Source: Chiloscyllium plagiosum (taxonomy: Eukaryota). From it: a DNA stretch of 64,000 nucleotides. Numbering within the stretch: position 1 is the first letter of the stretch; every line of letters begins with the position of its first letter. A program made the translations under genes and the position numbers. The stretch lies in the NCBI RefSeq assembly GCF_004010195.1, contig NC_057720.1, positions 28,807,986 to 28,871,985 on the forward strand, in the 5' to 3' direction. Below are positions 13,205 through 26,397 of this stretch, one piece after another. Below the pieces are notes generated by a model. That model saw nothing but the letters and a program-made list of their open reading frames with translations, did not search any database and was not told where the DNA came from.

Positions 13205-13785
13205 AAGCACAAGGTCATGCTGCAGCTGTACAAAACTCTGGTGCGGCTGCACTGGGAGTATTGTGTGCAGTTCTGGTCACCACATTATAGGAAGGATGTG
13301 GAAGCTTTGGAAAGGGTTCAGAGGGGGTTTACTAGCATGCTGTCTGGTTTGGAGGGAAAGTCTAACGAGGAAAGTATGAGGGACTTGAGGCTGTTTTTGT
13401 TAGAGAGAAGGAGGTTGAGAGGTGACTTAATTGAAATCAGAGGGTTAGATCGGGTGGACAGTGAGAGCCTTTTTCCGAGAATGGTGATGGCTAGCACGAG
13501 GGGGCATAGCTTTAAATTGAGGGGTGATAGGTATAGACAGATGCCAGAGGTAGTTTCTTTACTCAGAGAGTAGTAGGTGCATGGAAATTACTGCCTGCAA
13601 TAGTTGTAGGCTCGCCAACTTTACGAGCATTTAAATGGTCATTGGATAGGCATATGGGCAACAATGGAATAGTCTAGATTAGATGGGCTTCAGATTAGTT
13701 TCACAGGGCAGTGCAACATTGAGAGCCGTGGGGCCTGTACTGCGCTGTATTGTTTTATGTTCTATGTGCTCTGTTCTATGTTCTA
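13205..13785 (+). mobile_element. CR1 LINE 3' end
   Basis: MLQLYKTLVRLHWEYCVQFWSP...RRRLRGDL; (TTCTATG)n tail. Confidence 0.93.
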
Positions 13786-14349
13786 TTAATGGATCCCAGC
13801 TTTAGTCTCCTCCACAAAGCATAACATCGGAGCCTACATATCCTTTGTTTACTAAAAGCTTGCTGAAATAAGTCTACATTCTCCTTTGCACACTGCTGCT
13901 AGTGCCATGAGCAACATTCCAATTCTATTTAAGTCGCAGTAGCAATCAGAGTAATGCAAGTGATTGGACTGGCCAATGATTTTATAGGATGGTGGAGTCA
14001 TGAAAATAGAATTTTCACTAATTTGATAAGTATTACAACAGATTGGATAAGAAATACAAGGAAATGTTTGCATGGAATAAATATTGATTTATGTTACTTA
14101 CATCACAGTTCTTTGGAAAATCAGTGCCATGGTAATGGCACACATCATCAATCCATTATCAGATTACAATGAATACTAGGCAGTAGTCTCCCATAAAATG
14201 ACATTCTAAGTATCATGCTAACAACAATCTGTTACTGATGTGTAGATTTTGCACACAGCTTTTGAACATTTACTTTCAAGTATGATTATGCTAATGTGGT
14301 TAAATAAAACTGCTTTATCTCTGAGAGTGAAACAATGACATATTTATTT

Positions 14350-15050
14350 ACATTTGGAGCAGGAGTGGGTGTTTTGGCTTCAAGCTTGCTCTACCTTTCA
14401 ACAAGATCATAGCTTCTCTGAGTCTGTTTACAACTCCACATGCCAACCTATCCCCTGATAACCTTTGAATCCCTTATTAATCAATAATCTATCTATCACT
14501 TCTTTAAAATGTTCAATGACCCTGCCTCAACTACTATCTAGGGAACAGAGTTTCAAAGATCCACCACACTCCCGTAGATACATTTTCTCCTCATCTTCCT
14601 CGTAAATGGGTGATTCCTTAGTTTTAAACTGTGTGTCCCCCGTTGTCATCCCTTCCAGAAAAATAAACGTCATTTCAGCAAGCACATTGTCCAGTCCTGT
14701 CAGGATATTATGTTTCACTGAGATTGCCTGTCAGTCTTCTAAACTCCAAAAGGACACAGGCCAAGCCTATCAAAACTTTTCTCATTACATAACATACCAT
14801 CCAGGAATCAGTTAAGTGGACCTTTTCTCATCTGCATCAAGGGCATTTATACTCTTTCTTAAATAAGGAAACAAAAACTGTACACAACATCATTAACTTT
14901 GCATCTAATTCCCATTGCAATCAAAACAATTTCCATTTGCTGTCTTAATCACTTCATGAGCCTGATATTAATTTTTTGCGATTCATTTGCTAAACCCGGA
15001 TCACTCTGTATTCTGAGTTCTGCAATCTCTCTCCATTCAAATAATATCCG
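14350..15050 (-). mobile_element. Old decayed CR1 3' fragment
   Basis: Diverged similarity to 5471-6293 and 17283-17930. Confidence 0.65.
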
Positions 15051-15569
15051 GCTTTTCTATGTTGTTATGATCCTAGACTGAAATCTCACTTGATAGATCT
15101 TATTTTTATTTTGATTTGGATGAGGTGGTCTTTCACTGAAACGTAAATGGACAATGTTATAGATTTGGTTTTAACAATAAAACAGAACTTTATCACACTA
15201 GGGAAAAGAAGATAAAATAGAATAAACCAGACTATGTACATCTAATACACATTTAAAGATTCTTACTATACACTAAAGTTTAATCCAAATACTCCCAAAA
15301 CGCACTCATTGGAAGTACCAAACCAGCAAGAAGTCCCCTCTCTCTTCACCCTATAGGGATTAATTTAACTCCCAATCTTGATACTGATAGGCTCCTCCTG
15401 AATCTTGTAGAACTGAACTCAAAATTTTTCAAGTTTTAGCCAAATACTTCTGGCCTAGAACTCCTACTAAACTTCTTGTACTGTAATAACCTATTTTGAA
15501 TAATTCTAAGCTGGACCTTTTCTCAGGAGGAACTGCTTAACACAGCCAAATGACTTGCAGAAGAGTAGG

Positions 15570-15770
15570 TAGTGGTGTAGTGGTGATAATATTGAGTAAT
15601 AATCCAGAACACTAGGCCAATCCTCTGGGGATTCTAATTAGGACTCAATGGAAGTCTGGAAATAAAAGCTAGCTGATGAGTAGCCGTATAGCCACAGTCA
15701 ATTTGTTGTAAAAGTTCACCTGGTTCACTAGTAAAGAGCAATCCATTGGTCTGGCCTTTGTGTGCCACCA
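15570..15770 (+). mobile_element. tRNA-derived SINE, second family, decayed
   Basis: A-box-like GTGGTGTAGTGG, TAATCCAGA and ...TTGTAAAAGTTCACCTGGTTCACTA, shared with the 28145-28420 copy. Confidence 0.6.
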
Positions 15771-16600
15771 GAGTTAGAGTCATAAAGTCATATACATGTA
15801 TAGCACGGAAACAGACTCTTCAGTCCAACTCATCCATGCCTACCAGATATGCCCACCTAATCTAATCCCATTTTCCAGTACCCGACCTATATCCCCCCAG
15901 ACTCTTTCTATTTATATACCCGTCCAGATGCCTTTCAATTCCTGTAATTGTACCAGCCTCCACCACTTCCTCTGGCAGCTCATCCCATACACGCACCACC
16001 CCCTGTATGAAAAAGTTGCCCCTTAGGTCTCTTTTATATCTTTCCCTTCTCACCCTAAACCTATGCCCTCTAGTTTTGGACTCCTCCACCCCAGCGAAAA
16101 GACTTTGTTTATTTATCTTATCCATGCCCCTTATATGTTATAAGCCTCTATGAGGTCACCCCTCAGCCCATGATGCTCCACTGAAAACAGCACCAGCCAA
16201 TTCAGCCTCTACCTATAGCTCAAATCCTTCAACCCTGGCAACATCCTTGTCAATCTTTTCTGAACCCTTTCAAGTTTCACAACATCCTTTCGATAGGATG
16301 GAGACCAGAATTGCACGCAATATTCCAAAAGTGGCCTAACCAATGCCCTGTACAGCCACAACATGACCTCCCAACTCCTGTACGCAATACTCTGACCAAT
16401 ATAGGAAAGCACACCAAACGCTTTCTTCACTATCCTATCTACCTGCAACTCTACTTTCAAGGAGCTATGAACCTGCACTCCAAAGTCTCTTTGTTCAGCA
16501 ACACACCCTTACCATTAAGTGTATAAGTCCTGCTAATATTTGCTTTCCCAAAATGCAGAACCTCACATTTATCTAAATTAACCTCCATCTGCTACTCCTC
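15771..16600 (-). mobile_element. CR1 LINE 3' fragment
   Basis: ORFs 16209-16478 and 15862-16125 (LYRALVRPLLEYCVQFWSP; SKTRGHRFRV); tail at 15771-15790. Confidence 0.93.
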
Positions 16601-16604
16601 AGAC

Positions 16605-17150
16605 TTGATCAATAGAAAAGGATTCCATTCAGCCAATGTACAAATCATCTGTGATCATCGGTGTCATCAATACTTTCTTTAGTAAATTTTGTAGTGCACA
16701 GACTTCAGATATTCATGCATGGCATTGACTCCTGAAACCAGAAGCCGACATGTTGGCATGCCAATTGGCATGTGTGAATCATGGGAGTGGCTTCACGGCA
16801 GATTAGAAGGAATGTTGGGTACCACACAATGGAACGCTGCATCAGTTACGCTGGAAGCGACCATGATGCCTAGATCCTTGATACCTCTTAGGCTCTTGCT
16901 TCATTTCAAGGGCCAGATACCTTAGAAGATAAATGCTGGGAACCAAAGTCTACCCTCTGCAACCATGGGTTGATTGTTTCACTGTGTAAATTCCTTGACC
17001 ATGGCTGAACATGGACATAATGCAGCCCATTTTTCCATCAGTGCCATTGAGCAGATAAACTGACCCCCTGCACGTGACCTTCTGAAATTTGAATTGTTCT
17101 ACATGAGCTTTTCAGTCGACATAATCATTGTATGCTGTGCCCTGCACAAC
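16605..17150 (+). pseudogene. PIF/Harbinger (HARBI1-like, DDE_Tnp_4) transposase relic
   Basis: Hand translation gives, in order, LINRKGFHSANVQIICDH, MLGTKVYPLQPW, AEHGHNAAHFSISAIEQI and IIIVCCALHN (17121-17150), matching Harbinger motifs NRKG.HS.N, LGD..YPL..W, YN.AH...R..IE and ACC.LHN; broken by stops and frameshifts. Confidence 0.78.
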
Positions 17151-17282
17151 CAGAGAAGGCAAAGCAGGGACCTGATAGATGTTGTTGAGCTAGGAGAGCA
17201 TCAGCAATCTTTCAAGGAAAGCTATGAGGACATTGAGCAAGAGTAACATTGAGTTTGCCATCATAGAATAGTGCATTAAGCC

Positions 17283-17930
17283 ATAAGACCATAAGAAATA
17301 GAAACAGGAATAAGACGTGTGACCCCTTGAATCTGTTTTACCATTCAATAGGGTCACCGCTGATCTGACAATCTTCATGGCCACTTCCAGCCCTTTTCTC
17401 ATAACCCTTGATTCTCCTGCCAACCAAGAATCTATCTCAGCCTTAAATATACAGGGGGACTTTGCTCCCACAGCTCTCTGGGCATGGAGTTCAAAAGAAT
17501 CATCCCTCTGAAAGAAGAAATTCCTCCTCATCTCAGTTTTAAATTGGCACCCCTTAATTCTGAGAATATGTCTTCTGGCACTAAATATTCCATGAGAGGA
17601 ACTATTCTCTCAGCATTTACCTTGTCAAGCCCCTTAGGAACCCTTTCAGTGAGATCAACTTTCATTCTTCTATATTCGAATCTGTTTAACCTTTGCTCGT
17701 AAGACAATCCCTCCATACTACGGATCATCCTGGTGAACCTTCTCCAAACTATGTTCAATGAAATAATATCTTCCTTTACATAAGGGGACCAGAATTTCGC
17801 ACAGTACTCCAGATGTGGTCACACCAGCATCTGTACACTTTCAGTAAGACGTCTGTACTCTTTTACCCAACACCCTTCAAATAAGGGCAAACATTCCATT
17901 TCCTCATTATTAGCTGCATCTGTGTGCTTT
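17283..17930 (-). mobile_element. CR1 LINE 3' fragment
   Basis: Minus strand has HLEYCAKFWSP and RRFTRMIRSMEGLSYEQRL; tail CATAAGACCATAAG. Confidence 0.85.
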
Positions 17931-20108
17931 TTGTTTGTACTTCCTTCCCATTTCCTTTTGTTTAACAGAAGTTAACACTAACAACTGTTTGAGTGCTTTA
18001 CTACATGTGATGCCATCATATTCAACACTGATAAAGATGTTTTATTGTAATGGGTGTTACAAAACAAGTAGTGGTGTTAAGGATGAGTAATCTCTACAAC
18101 TTCATTCTTGTACCTGCATCTACAATGACAGTTAAACAGCCAATGTATTTCCAAATGTAACATTCTATTGACAATGAAGTATTGCTTGTGTCAAATTAGT
18201 GCCTTCAGAACCTTCTCTTGTTCTCCCCTCACACAACAACTACTGTAAAGGGTTATTCCTGGCTGCAGTATTTGACCTGCTGCATGCTTAGGATTTAAGT
18301 ACAACAACAAAGATGGACATTCTAGAAGGTCTTGCACTGATAAGTATTTCTATGACTTCTGAGTATGATGCTGTAGAGGTAAGATGTATACTTAATGAGA
18401 TGAATTATGTGAGATAACTTGCTAGAGCTCACAGGGGGAAATCTTCCATGCTACTTCCTGACATTGACATCCAGCCAGTTTATGGGAAAACTCAGCCCAT
18501 AGTTTATTGCCTGACAGCAACCAGTTGCAGTTAATGTTGATAAACTGGATATTGTTAGTGCAACTTTTAGTGGACCAGATAGTAATTCTTAGTCCTAAAT
18601 TAATAGGTGGTGCTTATGGCACTCCTCAGTATTAACCCTTTTATTAATCCCATAGACATCTCTGATGGCCCCTTGTGGCAAAAAAGAACTTTTAATTCAA
18701 TTTCCTACAACTGAGTATTCACCCTTTCCTGAATTTAGTTTCCAGCTGCACTCACATATTATCTCATTAATCCATAAACAATTCAGAAACAATTTTCAGA
18801 AGTGATTAATCTCCACTGAAACTAAATTTTAGTTAGTTGATTCAAACAGCAAAGATTATTTTAGAACAAGCTTTTTGGCTGTTTTGCTGAACACTGTTTT
18901 GCTGTTAGATACTTTGGATTAGAAAGTTTATGGACATCTGCAATGTTTCAACGAAATTTTTTTCCTTGTCGCAGTTGCTGAACTTGGGCAAGTTGCTGAG
19001 CTTCCTCCTGATTGCAAATAAAGAGAATCAGAAACTCTGAGGAAGGCATCAATGACCTACACAGGCTAAAAGTCCAGTTACCAACTTTGGTTAGAGGTAT
19101 TCCTGGAGGTTTGACAGAGTGGCATGCTGAGTGCTCGGCAGTAATGTCTGGTCATATGATATCAATTCTTGTGAATAACTGTTTATCCTATTGTGGTTGA
19201 AATGCGGTTTCATCAATAGCCACAAGTGACTACATCACATTAATGTGTTGAGATTCTTCAATTTCTGAAGAATCTCTGCAATATTCCCTGATTTCAGAGA
19301 AATCCTTGATTTTAGAGACAGCTGATTTTGGGATGATTCAGTTGCAACTCTTTTAAGGTGCCAGCACTGAGCAATGGTTGATGACAAGCACTGTGGTTTA
19401 GACTGGAAATTATTCAAAATGAATGCAGGATAATTTTAGTTTGACTCCTGATGCCAGCCTAATAGTCAGTATTTACATTGCCTCACATAAGTGTTTATTG
19501 TTCATGACTGCAAACTGTGCTGGGACGTGAATTGTTGATCTGCCAGACTGCTGAAGGCTGTCATCGCTATGGTAACACTCAATTCTAGGAAAGTCCTCAT
19601 CATTCTCAGGATATTGTAAATCCTAGCCACAAGAAGAGACCAAATGAGCTAAAGGTTCAAAAACGTTCATTGTTTGTGGATTTTTAGATACCTCTCAATA
19701 TATCTGGATAAAAGACACAAATCTGTCCATAAAGAGTTGGAACATCTCCGTGGAGTGCAGCAAACAGGAACAAATAGCACTGGGCTTTGCTGCAGTGCTT
19801 GCTTCCTGCAATGACAGGACATCATTGTCTGCACACTGTGAGCACCCTGACATCAGACAGTTTTGTTTCTGAACAAGAAGAATCTTCACTTTCTCAATAT
19901 GCAACTCATTTGTGACCATAGGCTTTCTAGTTCAGTTGAAAGTTGGTGAAGGACAGTAGTGAAGCCGACCTTTCCTCACTCTTACTTTCAGAGTGAAACG
20001 TGACAATCATATACCTCCTAACTCAGCAACACCACTGTATCAAAATGTGTCTCTTCACATGAATTCAAGTGAAACCTCAAGTAATGTCCTTCAATTGTAA
20101 CAATTAAA

Positions 20109-20195
20109 CAGTTAGCAAACAGTGAACATTGGCAACAAATCACAAAGATCTATTCCCAATTTGCTGGAGGTAGTCATGATATTTTCAATTATTCA
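20109..20195 (+). pseudogene. Second, very decayed Harbinger transposase fragment
   Basis: QLANSEHWQQITKIYSQFAGGSHDIF resembles the Harbinger Q.VCDH...I......PGS.HD.F motif. Confidence 0.4.
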
Positions 20196-23149
20196 CTAGT
20201 TTAACTTACCTACTCTGTTTGGGGACTAGTCTATTGTGTGGCACGATATCTCTCTCAATCTAGTTCATGAATCCTAACAGGTACTTGGACACAGATACAA
20301 CATACAATGTGAGTCAAATATCACAGGCTTCTCCTTGAACAAATCTTTGGTGTGCTAAAACAATATTGCTGGTGTTTGGGCTGAGCCAAGTGGGTTGATT
20401 AGCTCATAGAATGCACCATAATACAGTGATTTAAGGAAGAATTACCTTTGAAAACTTGATGAGGAGGATATGAAACAGGAAGATAAAGAAGGGAACAAGA
20501 AGCCGACCAAAGCACAAGAGATGCCCCAGCAACAAAATGAGTGCCAGAGTCTAAAGCAGCAGATGACTGGGTAGGGATTCTCCTGATTAATCCCTCCTTT
20601 TGGTGGAATTGAACCTATCAATGTCTATGAAGCTGCTCTGATATCATTGTTGGCTAGGAATTGGCAGACCTTTGAACCAAATTCAGGCAGAGGCTCCTCA
20701 TGCTAAGTTCTCTTGATTCTATGGAGGAATGAAACAGTGCATTAGATATTTTACTTGCTGATGAGTAGGAAGTGGACAGATTTGGAGGAAAATAGAATAT
20801 ACCTGATGTCTGTTGATTGAAGATTGGATTAAGAAAGCACAGCTAGTTATGCCGATCCTTTACAGGATAGAAACATCTTAGACTGGGAGACACACACTCT
20901 TAATATAGATCTGAACAAACATTGAATCCCCCAGGACTTTAGGTTTCAGTGGGAGGAGGATGCATCCCTTGCTCTCAGGAAGGGTACTTACAAAGGCCAA
21001 CTGCTGACTGGTTGCAGGTGTCCTTGTAACATGAATCTTAGAAACAAATGGGGTATATTAACAGCATGACATAGTAAATTTCCCTGTGGGTTTGTAAGTC
21101 TAAGTGTTTATCCCTGCCATGTTAAAGTCTGTTCAGTCCATCTCATTTCATTTAAACTGTTCCTGTTTACAGTTTTAGCAGTAGATTATATTAATGTTAA
21201 ATGATACAGCTGTTAAAATTGGAACAACATGTTCCCTGTTGTCTTGAGTTGTTTTGAAGTGACATTTACATGCAGTATAGAGTTGGATGAGCTCCAGCAG
21301 TTTCCCTCAAAGAAGCAGATATTGCTCGTTAATTGCTTCCAGATATTGGACATTAGGCCCTGGGAGAGGGATCAGCATTGCTCGTGGAATTTTGACAAAT
21401 TGAACACAAATCCTGCTGGACCTATGGAGCGGTGATAAAGTTGCTGCAGATTCCATTGAGCTGGCAATGGATCAAGGGAAGTTCTGGATTCAGTACACAA
21501 AGAATTTCAAGCCAGGAACCTGTCACAACTCCTGAAATATTGGATATGTGCTTTCACTCATTCCCTGCCCATTAAACAGAAGCTGTGGACAAACAAAGCA
21601 AGAACCAGCAAGGATAATAAGATGGCAATGATTACTTTAGTGCGCTTCAGAATGACAAAATATCAAAGTGGCCTTGAACAACAGTGCACTGAAGATTAAA
21701 GATTTAAACAAATGAGAGAACGGATTTCTGAGTTATAGGGAAGTATGGGGACTAGAGATTATCACACATAAAATGAGATTCACAATATATACTTTCTCCT
21801 TATCAGGAAACTGACATATAAACAACATGGTGATGAAATGATTGCAATCATTGGAATCTGCATCAACTCAGGAACAGCTAGCGATGCAGCCTGAACTGTT
21901 GTGCTGTGTTTATAACATAGCAGGATAATGGCTACACAAACATCCGAAAGCCAGGAGCTGCAAATTATCCAGAAGCTGAGAGAATCTTTGCAGTAGTTAT
22001 AATGTCCATCTCTGATTTTTTGCATGTTTGTGACTAAGGTCTAAAGCTTCAACTATATATATAGGATTGCATAGAAATGTGCAGTGTTTTTGGGCTGAAT
22101 CTCACATTCTTTTGACTGTTAATTTTATCATGTTTTTGAAGGGTTTTTATGTTGTGAGATTGAGTGAGATCTCCTACTGCATCTTACCAAACTTAACTTA
22201 TTAATTACAGATCCTACCCCTGTAACATCCCACTCAAGAAGGGTCTGCAGCAACTGAGTGAATACTAACATGACATCAAAAAGGGAATGTTTGCTGTACT
22301 TAGACCTCCTTCCAATCCCAGACTCACATCAATCATTCAACTTATCATTGTAATACTTATGTGACATATGATAAAGCGCTCTCCCCATTTCCCTCAATAG
22401 CATCCTTTTGACTGGACTGAGGACTATCCTCCTCTACTTTCTGACACAGCTATTTGGGTACGCAGGCAGCTGGCGTTTGATGTCGATGTTATATTGATGT
22501 CTAAGTGCACTATGCAGCAAGTCATAGAGTCGTAGTCATAGAGTTATACAGCATGGAAACAGACCCTTTGGTCCAAATCTTCTGTACCAACAAGATATCC
22601 AAAACTATTCTAGTCCCATTTGTCAGCATTTGTCTCACAACCCTCCAAACCCATCCTGTTCATGTCCCCATCCAGATGCCCTTTAAATGTTGTAATTGTA
22701 CCAGCTGCCACCATTTCCTCTGGTAGTTCATTCCATACATGCACTACTGTCTGTGAAAAATCTTTCCCCTCTCACCTTAAACCTATGCTGTCTAGTTTTG
22801 GACTCCCCTATCCTGGGAAAAGAAAACCTGGGCTATTACCCAATACATGTCCCTCATGATTTTATAAACCTCTATAAGGTCATCTTCAGCAAGGGAAAAA
22901 ACCTTAGCCCATTCAGCCTCTGCCTCCAGCTCAAACCCTACAAATCCTGCAAATCTTGTAAATTGTTTCTGAACCCTCTCAAGTTCAAGAAGTGGTTTCG
23001 AGGAGATCTGAGAAAAAATGTTTTTCACTGAGAGAGTGGTAGAAATGTGAAACGTGCTGCCTAAGAGGGTGATGGAGGCAGTTACTCTTGAAATATTTAA
23101 GAAGCATCTAGATAAGTAATTAACATGTCAGGGCACTGTACACTATGGG

Positions 23150-23274
23150 GAGAAAGTGAGGTCTGCAGACGCTGGAGATCAAAGCTGAAACTTTATTGCT
23201 GGAACAGCACAGCAGGTCAGGCAGCATCTAGGGAACAGAAGATTCGACGTTTCGGGCACATGCCCTTCTTCAGG
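23150..23274 (-). mobile_element. Solo PLE pseudo-LTR fragment starting at the hammerhead core
   Basis: Reverse complement CCTGAAGAAGGGCATGTGCCCGAAACGTCG...TCTCCAGCGTCTGCAGACCTCACTTTCTC is closely similar to 57977-58097. Confidence 0.88.
23246..23273 (-). ncRNA. Minimal hammerhead ribozyme core (PLE-associated)
   Basis: CUGAAGA-A-GGGCAUGUGCCC-GAA-ACGU-C; stem I not evident. Confidence 0.6.
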
Positions 23275-24722
23275 ACCAAGTGCAGGTAAATGGGATTAGT
23301 GTGGTTTGATGTTTGTTGCTCAGCATAGAAATGATGAGCCAAAGGGTCTGTTTCTATACTGTATGACTCTATGAACACTTTTCCTATAGCAGGGAGACTA
23401 GAACTGAATGCAGTCTTCCAAAAATGGCCTCATCAATGTCCGGTTACAGCCACAACATCATGTCTCAACTCCTACACTCAGTGCGCTTACTAACTAAGGC
23501 AAGCATACCAAATGTCTTCTTCACCAACTCTGCCTACCCTGTGACTCCACTTTCAAGGAACTATGTACCTTCACTCCTAGGTCTCGTTGTTTGGCAACAC
23601 TCCCCCATTTCTGCAAAAACAGCACATCAGTATGGCAGTACTGATAGGTTTTAGCTTTGGCTGAAAGACGATTGTGCTAACTGGCATGACACTGCACAGC
23701 AAGGCAATGGAAGGCATGGATATTGTGAGCACATAGGTAGGTGCTAGGTTGGCCAATGCTAAGGGAGCAGCAAGCAGCCCGGATCTGTGACCTGGCCCAA
23801 TCCATGGGCTGAGTGCCTGTGAGCAAAGTGTCCTTGCGGGAGTGTTTTAGTTAGTTAGCACCAGTTAGTTGCTGGTGATCCATGCAATACATGTTGTGCT
23901 TCCTAACCATTCTGCAAGTGGATCAGAGAGGTACCATGAGAATGGTGAGAGATTGGTCTGAGGCACTGTTGCATGCTCAACAATATGGAGACTCTTCACA
24001 GCCAGCGACAAACTGAATTCACCGGGCACCCAGTCTGACTTCCATGTCGAGAATTCTCAATGTCTATTTCCTTTGGTGCATTTGGTGAGATGAAAAACTG
24101 AATACTAATGAGATGAGATGTGCAGTGAATGAGATGTTGAACGAGCTGTGATTTTGCCTTAATAGGCATCTTGCCACTGCCTATTGAAAAATTGTCACCT
24201 TGATGCCTGGCAGATGCATCAAACATACAATGAGTTGCACCTGACATTGGGATGATCTTCACGGACATTCCTCATGCGATTCTGCCTCAAATCTCCCTGT
24301 CGTTCACATCATTGAGGTCCCTACAAGATTCTGCACTCTGTGCAATTGTTCACAGCAGCTGATTTCAAGGCCAAGTGCAAATAGAAAATAGAGAGGATCT
24401 ACTGAAACCAGATCAAGGATTGGTGGTAAATGAAAAATGAGGTTGAATAAAGGAAGTTCAGGAGGTTGTCTGGAGATACCCATGAATTCAAGTCAGTTGC
24501 AGTCAGAGTGACATAGATGCAAGTGTAAAGATATGGTACAGAACAATCCTGATAAACTGCACTAACCTGAGACCAGAGAGTTGAATCAGAAAAAGAACAA
24601 CATTGGAATAAACTGCAAAAGAAAAGTTATGCTTGGAATTAAATAGACTGGTCATACTTCTGCTTCATTTTGAAGTATACAAGACAAGGCAGAATAGTAT
24701 GTGCCAGTTGCAAGTTTTACTG

Positions 24723-26288
24723 TTATCTATGTCCCTCTGTAACCTGAAAGCACTATCCACAACTAAACCAACTTTAGTGTCATTTGCAAATTTACTGACC
24801 CATCCTTCTATGTCCTCATCTAGATCATTTATAAAAATGACAAACAGCAGTGGTGCCAAAATAGATCCTTGTGGTACACCACTAGTAACGGAACTCCAGG
24901 ATGAACATTTCCCATCAACCACCACCCTCTATCTTCTTTCAGCTAGCCAACTTCTGATCCATACTGCTAAATCACTCTCAATCCCATGCCTCTGTACTTT
25001 GTGCAATAGCTTACCATGCGGAACCTTATCAAATGCCTTACTGAAATCCATGTACACAAATCAACTGCTTTACCTTCATCCACCTGTTTGGTCACCATCT
25101 CAAGGGACTCAATAAAGTTTGTGAGGCACGACATAACCTTCACAAAAGTTATCAGTAAGGCACTTGATAAGGTTCCGTATGGTAAGCTATTGCACAAAGT
25201 ACAGAGGCATGGGATTGAGAGTGATTTAGCAGTATGGATCAGAAGTTGGCTAGCTGAAAGAAGATAGAGGGTGGTGGTTGATGGGAAATGTTCATCCTGG
25301 AGTTCCGTTACTAGTGGTGTACCACAAGGATCTATTTTGGCACCACTGCTGTTTGTCATTTTTATAAATGATCTAGATGAGGACATAGAAGGATGGGTCA
25401 GTAAATTTGCAAATGACACTAAAGTTGGTTGAGTTGTGGATAGTGCTGTTTCAGGTTACAGAGGGACATAGATAAGCTGCAGAACTGGGCTGAGAGGTGG
25501 CAAATTGAGTTTAATGTGGGAAAGTGTGAGGTGATTAACTTTGGAAGGAGCAACAGGAATAAAGAGTACTGGGCTAATGGTAAGATTCTTGGTAATATAG
25601 ATCAACAGAGAGATCTCAGTGTCCATGTACACTGTTGCCACCTAGGTTGATAGGGTTGTGAAGAAGGCATACAGTGTGTTAGCTTTTATTGGTAGAGGGA
25701 TTGAGTTTCGGAGCCACGAGGTCATTCTGCAGCTGTACAAAACTCTGGTTCGGCCACACTTGGAGTATTGCATACATTTCTGGTCACTGCATTATAGGAA
25801 GGATGTGAAAGTTTTGGAGAGGATTCAGAGGACATTTACTGGGACGTCGCCTGGTATGGAGGAAAGGTCTTATGACGAAAGGCTGAGGGACTTGAGGCTT
25901 CTTTCGTTAGAGAGAAAAAGGTGACTTAATTGAGACATATAAGATAATCAGAGGGTTAGATAGGGTGGACAGTAAGACCCTTTCCTCGGATGGTGATATG
26001 GGGACATAGCTTTAAGTGGAAGGGTGATAGACATAGGACAGGTGTCAGAGGGAGTTTCTTTACTCAGACAGTAGGGGGGCGCGTGGAACACACTGCCTGC
26101 AACAGTAGTAGTCTCGCCAACTTTAAGGGCATTTAAATGGTTACTGGATAGACAAATGGATGAAAATGGAATAGTGTAGGATAAATGGGCTTCAGATTGG
26201 TTCCATAGGTCAGCGCAACATCGAGGGCTGAAGCGGCCTGCACTGCGCTGTAATATTCTATGTTCTATGTAATGTTCTATGCTCTATG
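24723..26288 (+). mobile_element. CR1 LINE 3' portion with inverted and duplicated 5' segment
   Basis: Plus-strand 25152-26288 runs from RT (KFANDTK) to a (TTCTATG)n tail; 24723-25044 is a near-identical reverse complement of 25152-25475. Confidence 0.92.
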
Positions 26289-26397
26289 GTACTGAAACTT
26301 AGCATAAGAAATGTAGACTTCATTAGATTCAACTAGTCTTTCAGCAAGGAAGAAAGTGTAAATCTGATTTCACAAAAGGTCACAGGCCTAAAATGTT

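Larger units (their letters stand above)
22986..23372 (+). mobile_element. Short CR1 3' end, itself interrupted by a PLE terminus
   Basis: FRGDLRKNVF..RVV; tail TGTATGACTCTATG. Confidence 0.8.
22520..23605 (-). mobile_element. CR1 3' fragment interrupted by a plus-strand CR1
   Basis: LERVQKQFTR coding stops at about 22985 and the minus-strand CR1 resumes at about 23373. Confidence 0.85.

Noticed and set aside
15063..15560. Possible solo LTR starting TGTTATGA
   Set aside because: It resembles the Gmr1 LTR start, but I could not find a matching CA end or TSD; similar unresolved LTR-like DNA lies at about 36487-37790.
16605..17150. Domesticated HARBI1 gene exon
   Set aside because: In-frame stops and frameshifts, and the catalytic LGD motif reads LGT; it is a decayed transposase.
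18955..19040. Splice acceptor TTTTCCTTGTCGCAG as a host exon
   Set aside because: All three frames stop within about 22 codons and no convincing donor or protein similarity was seen.
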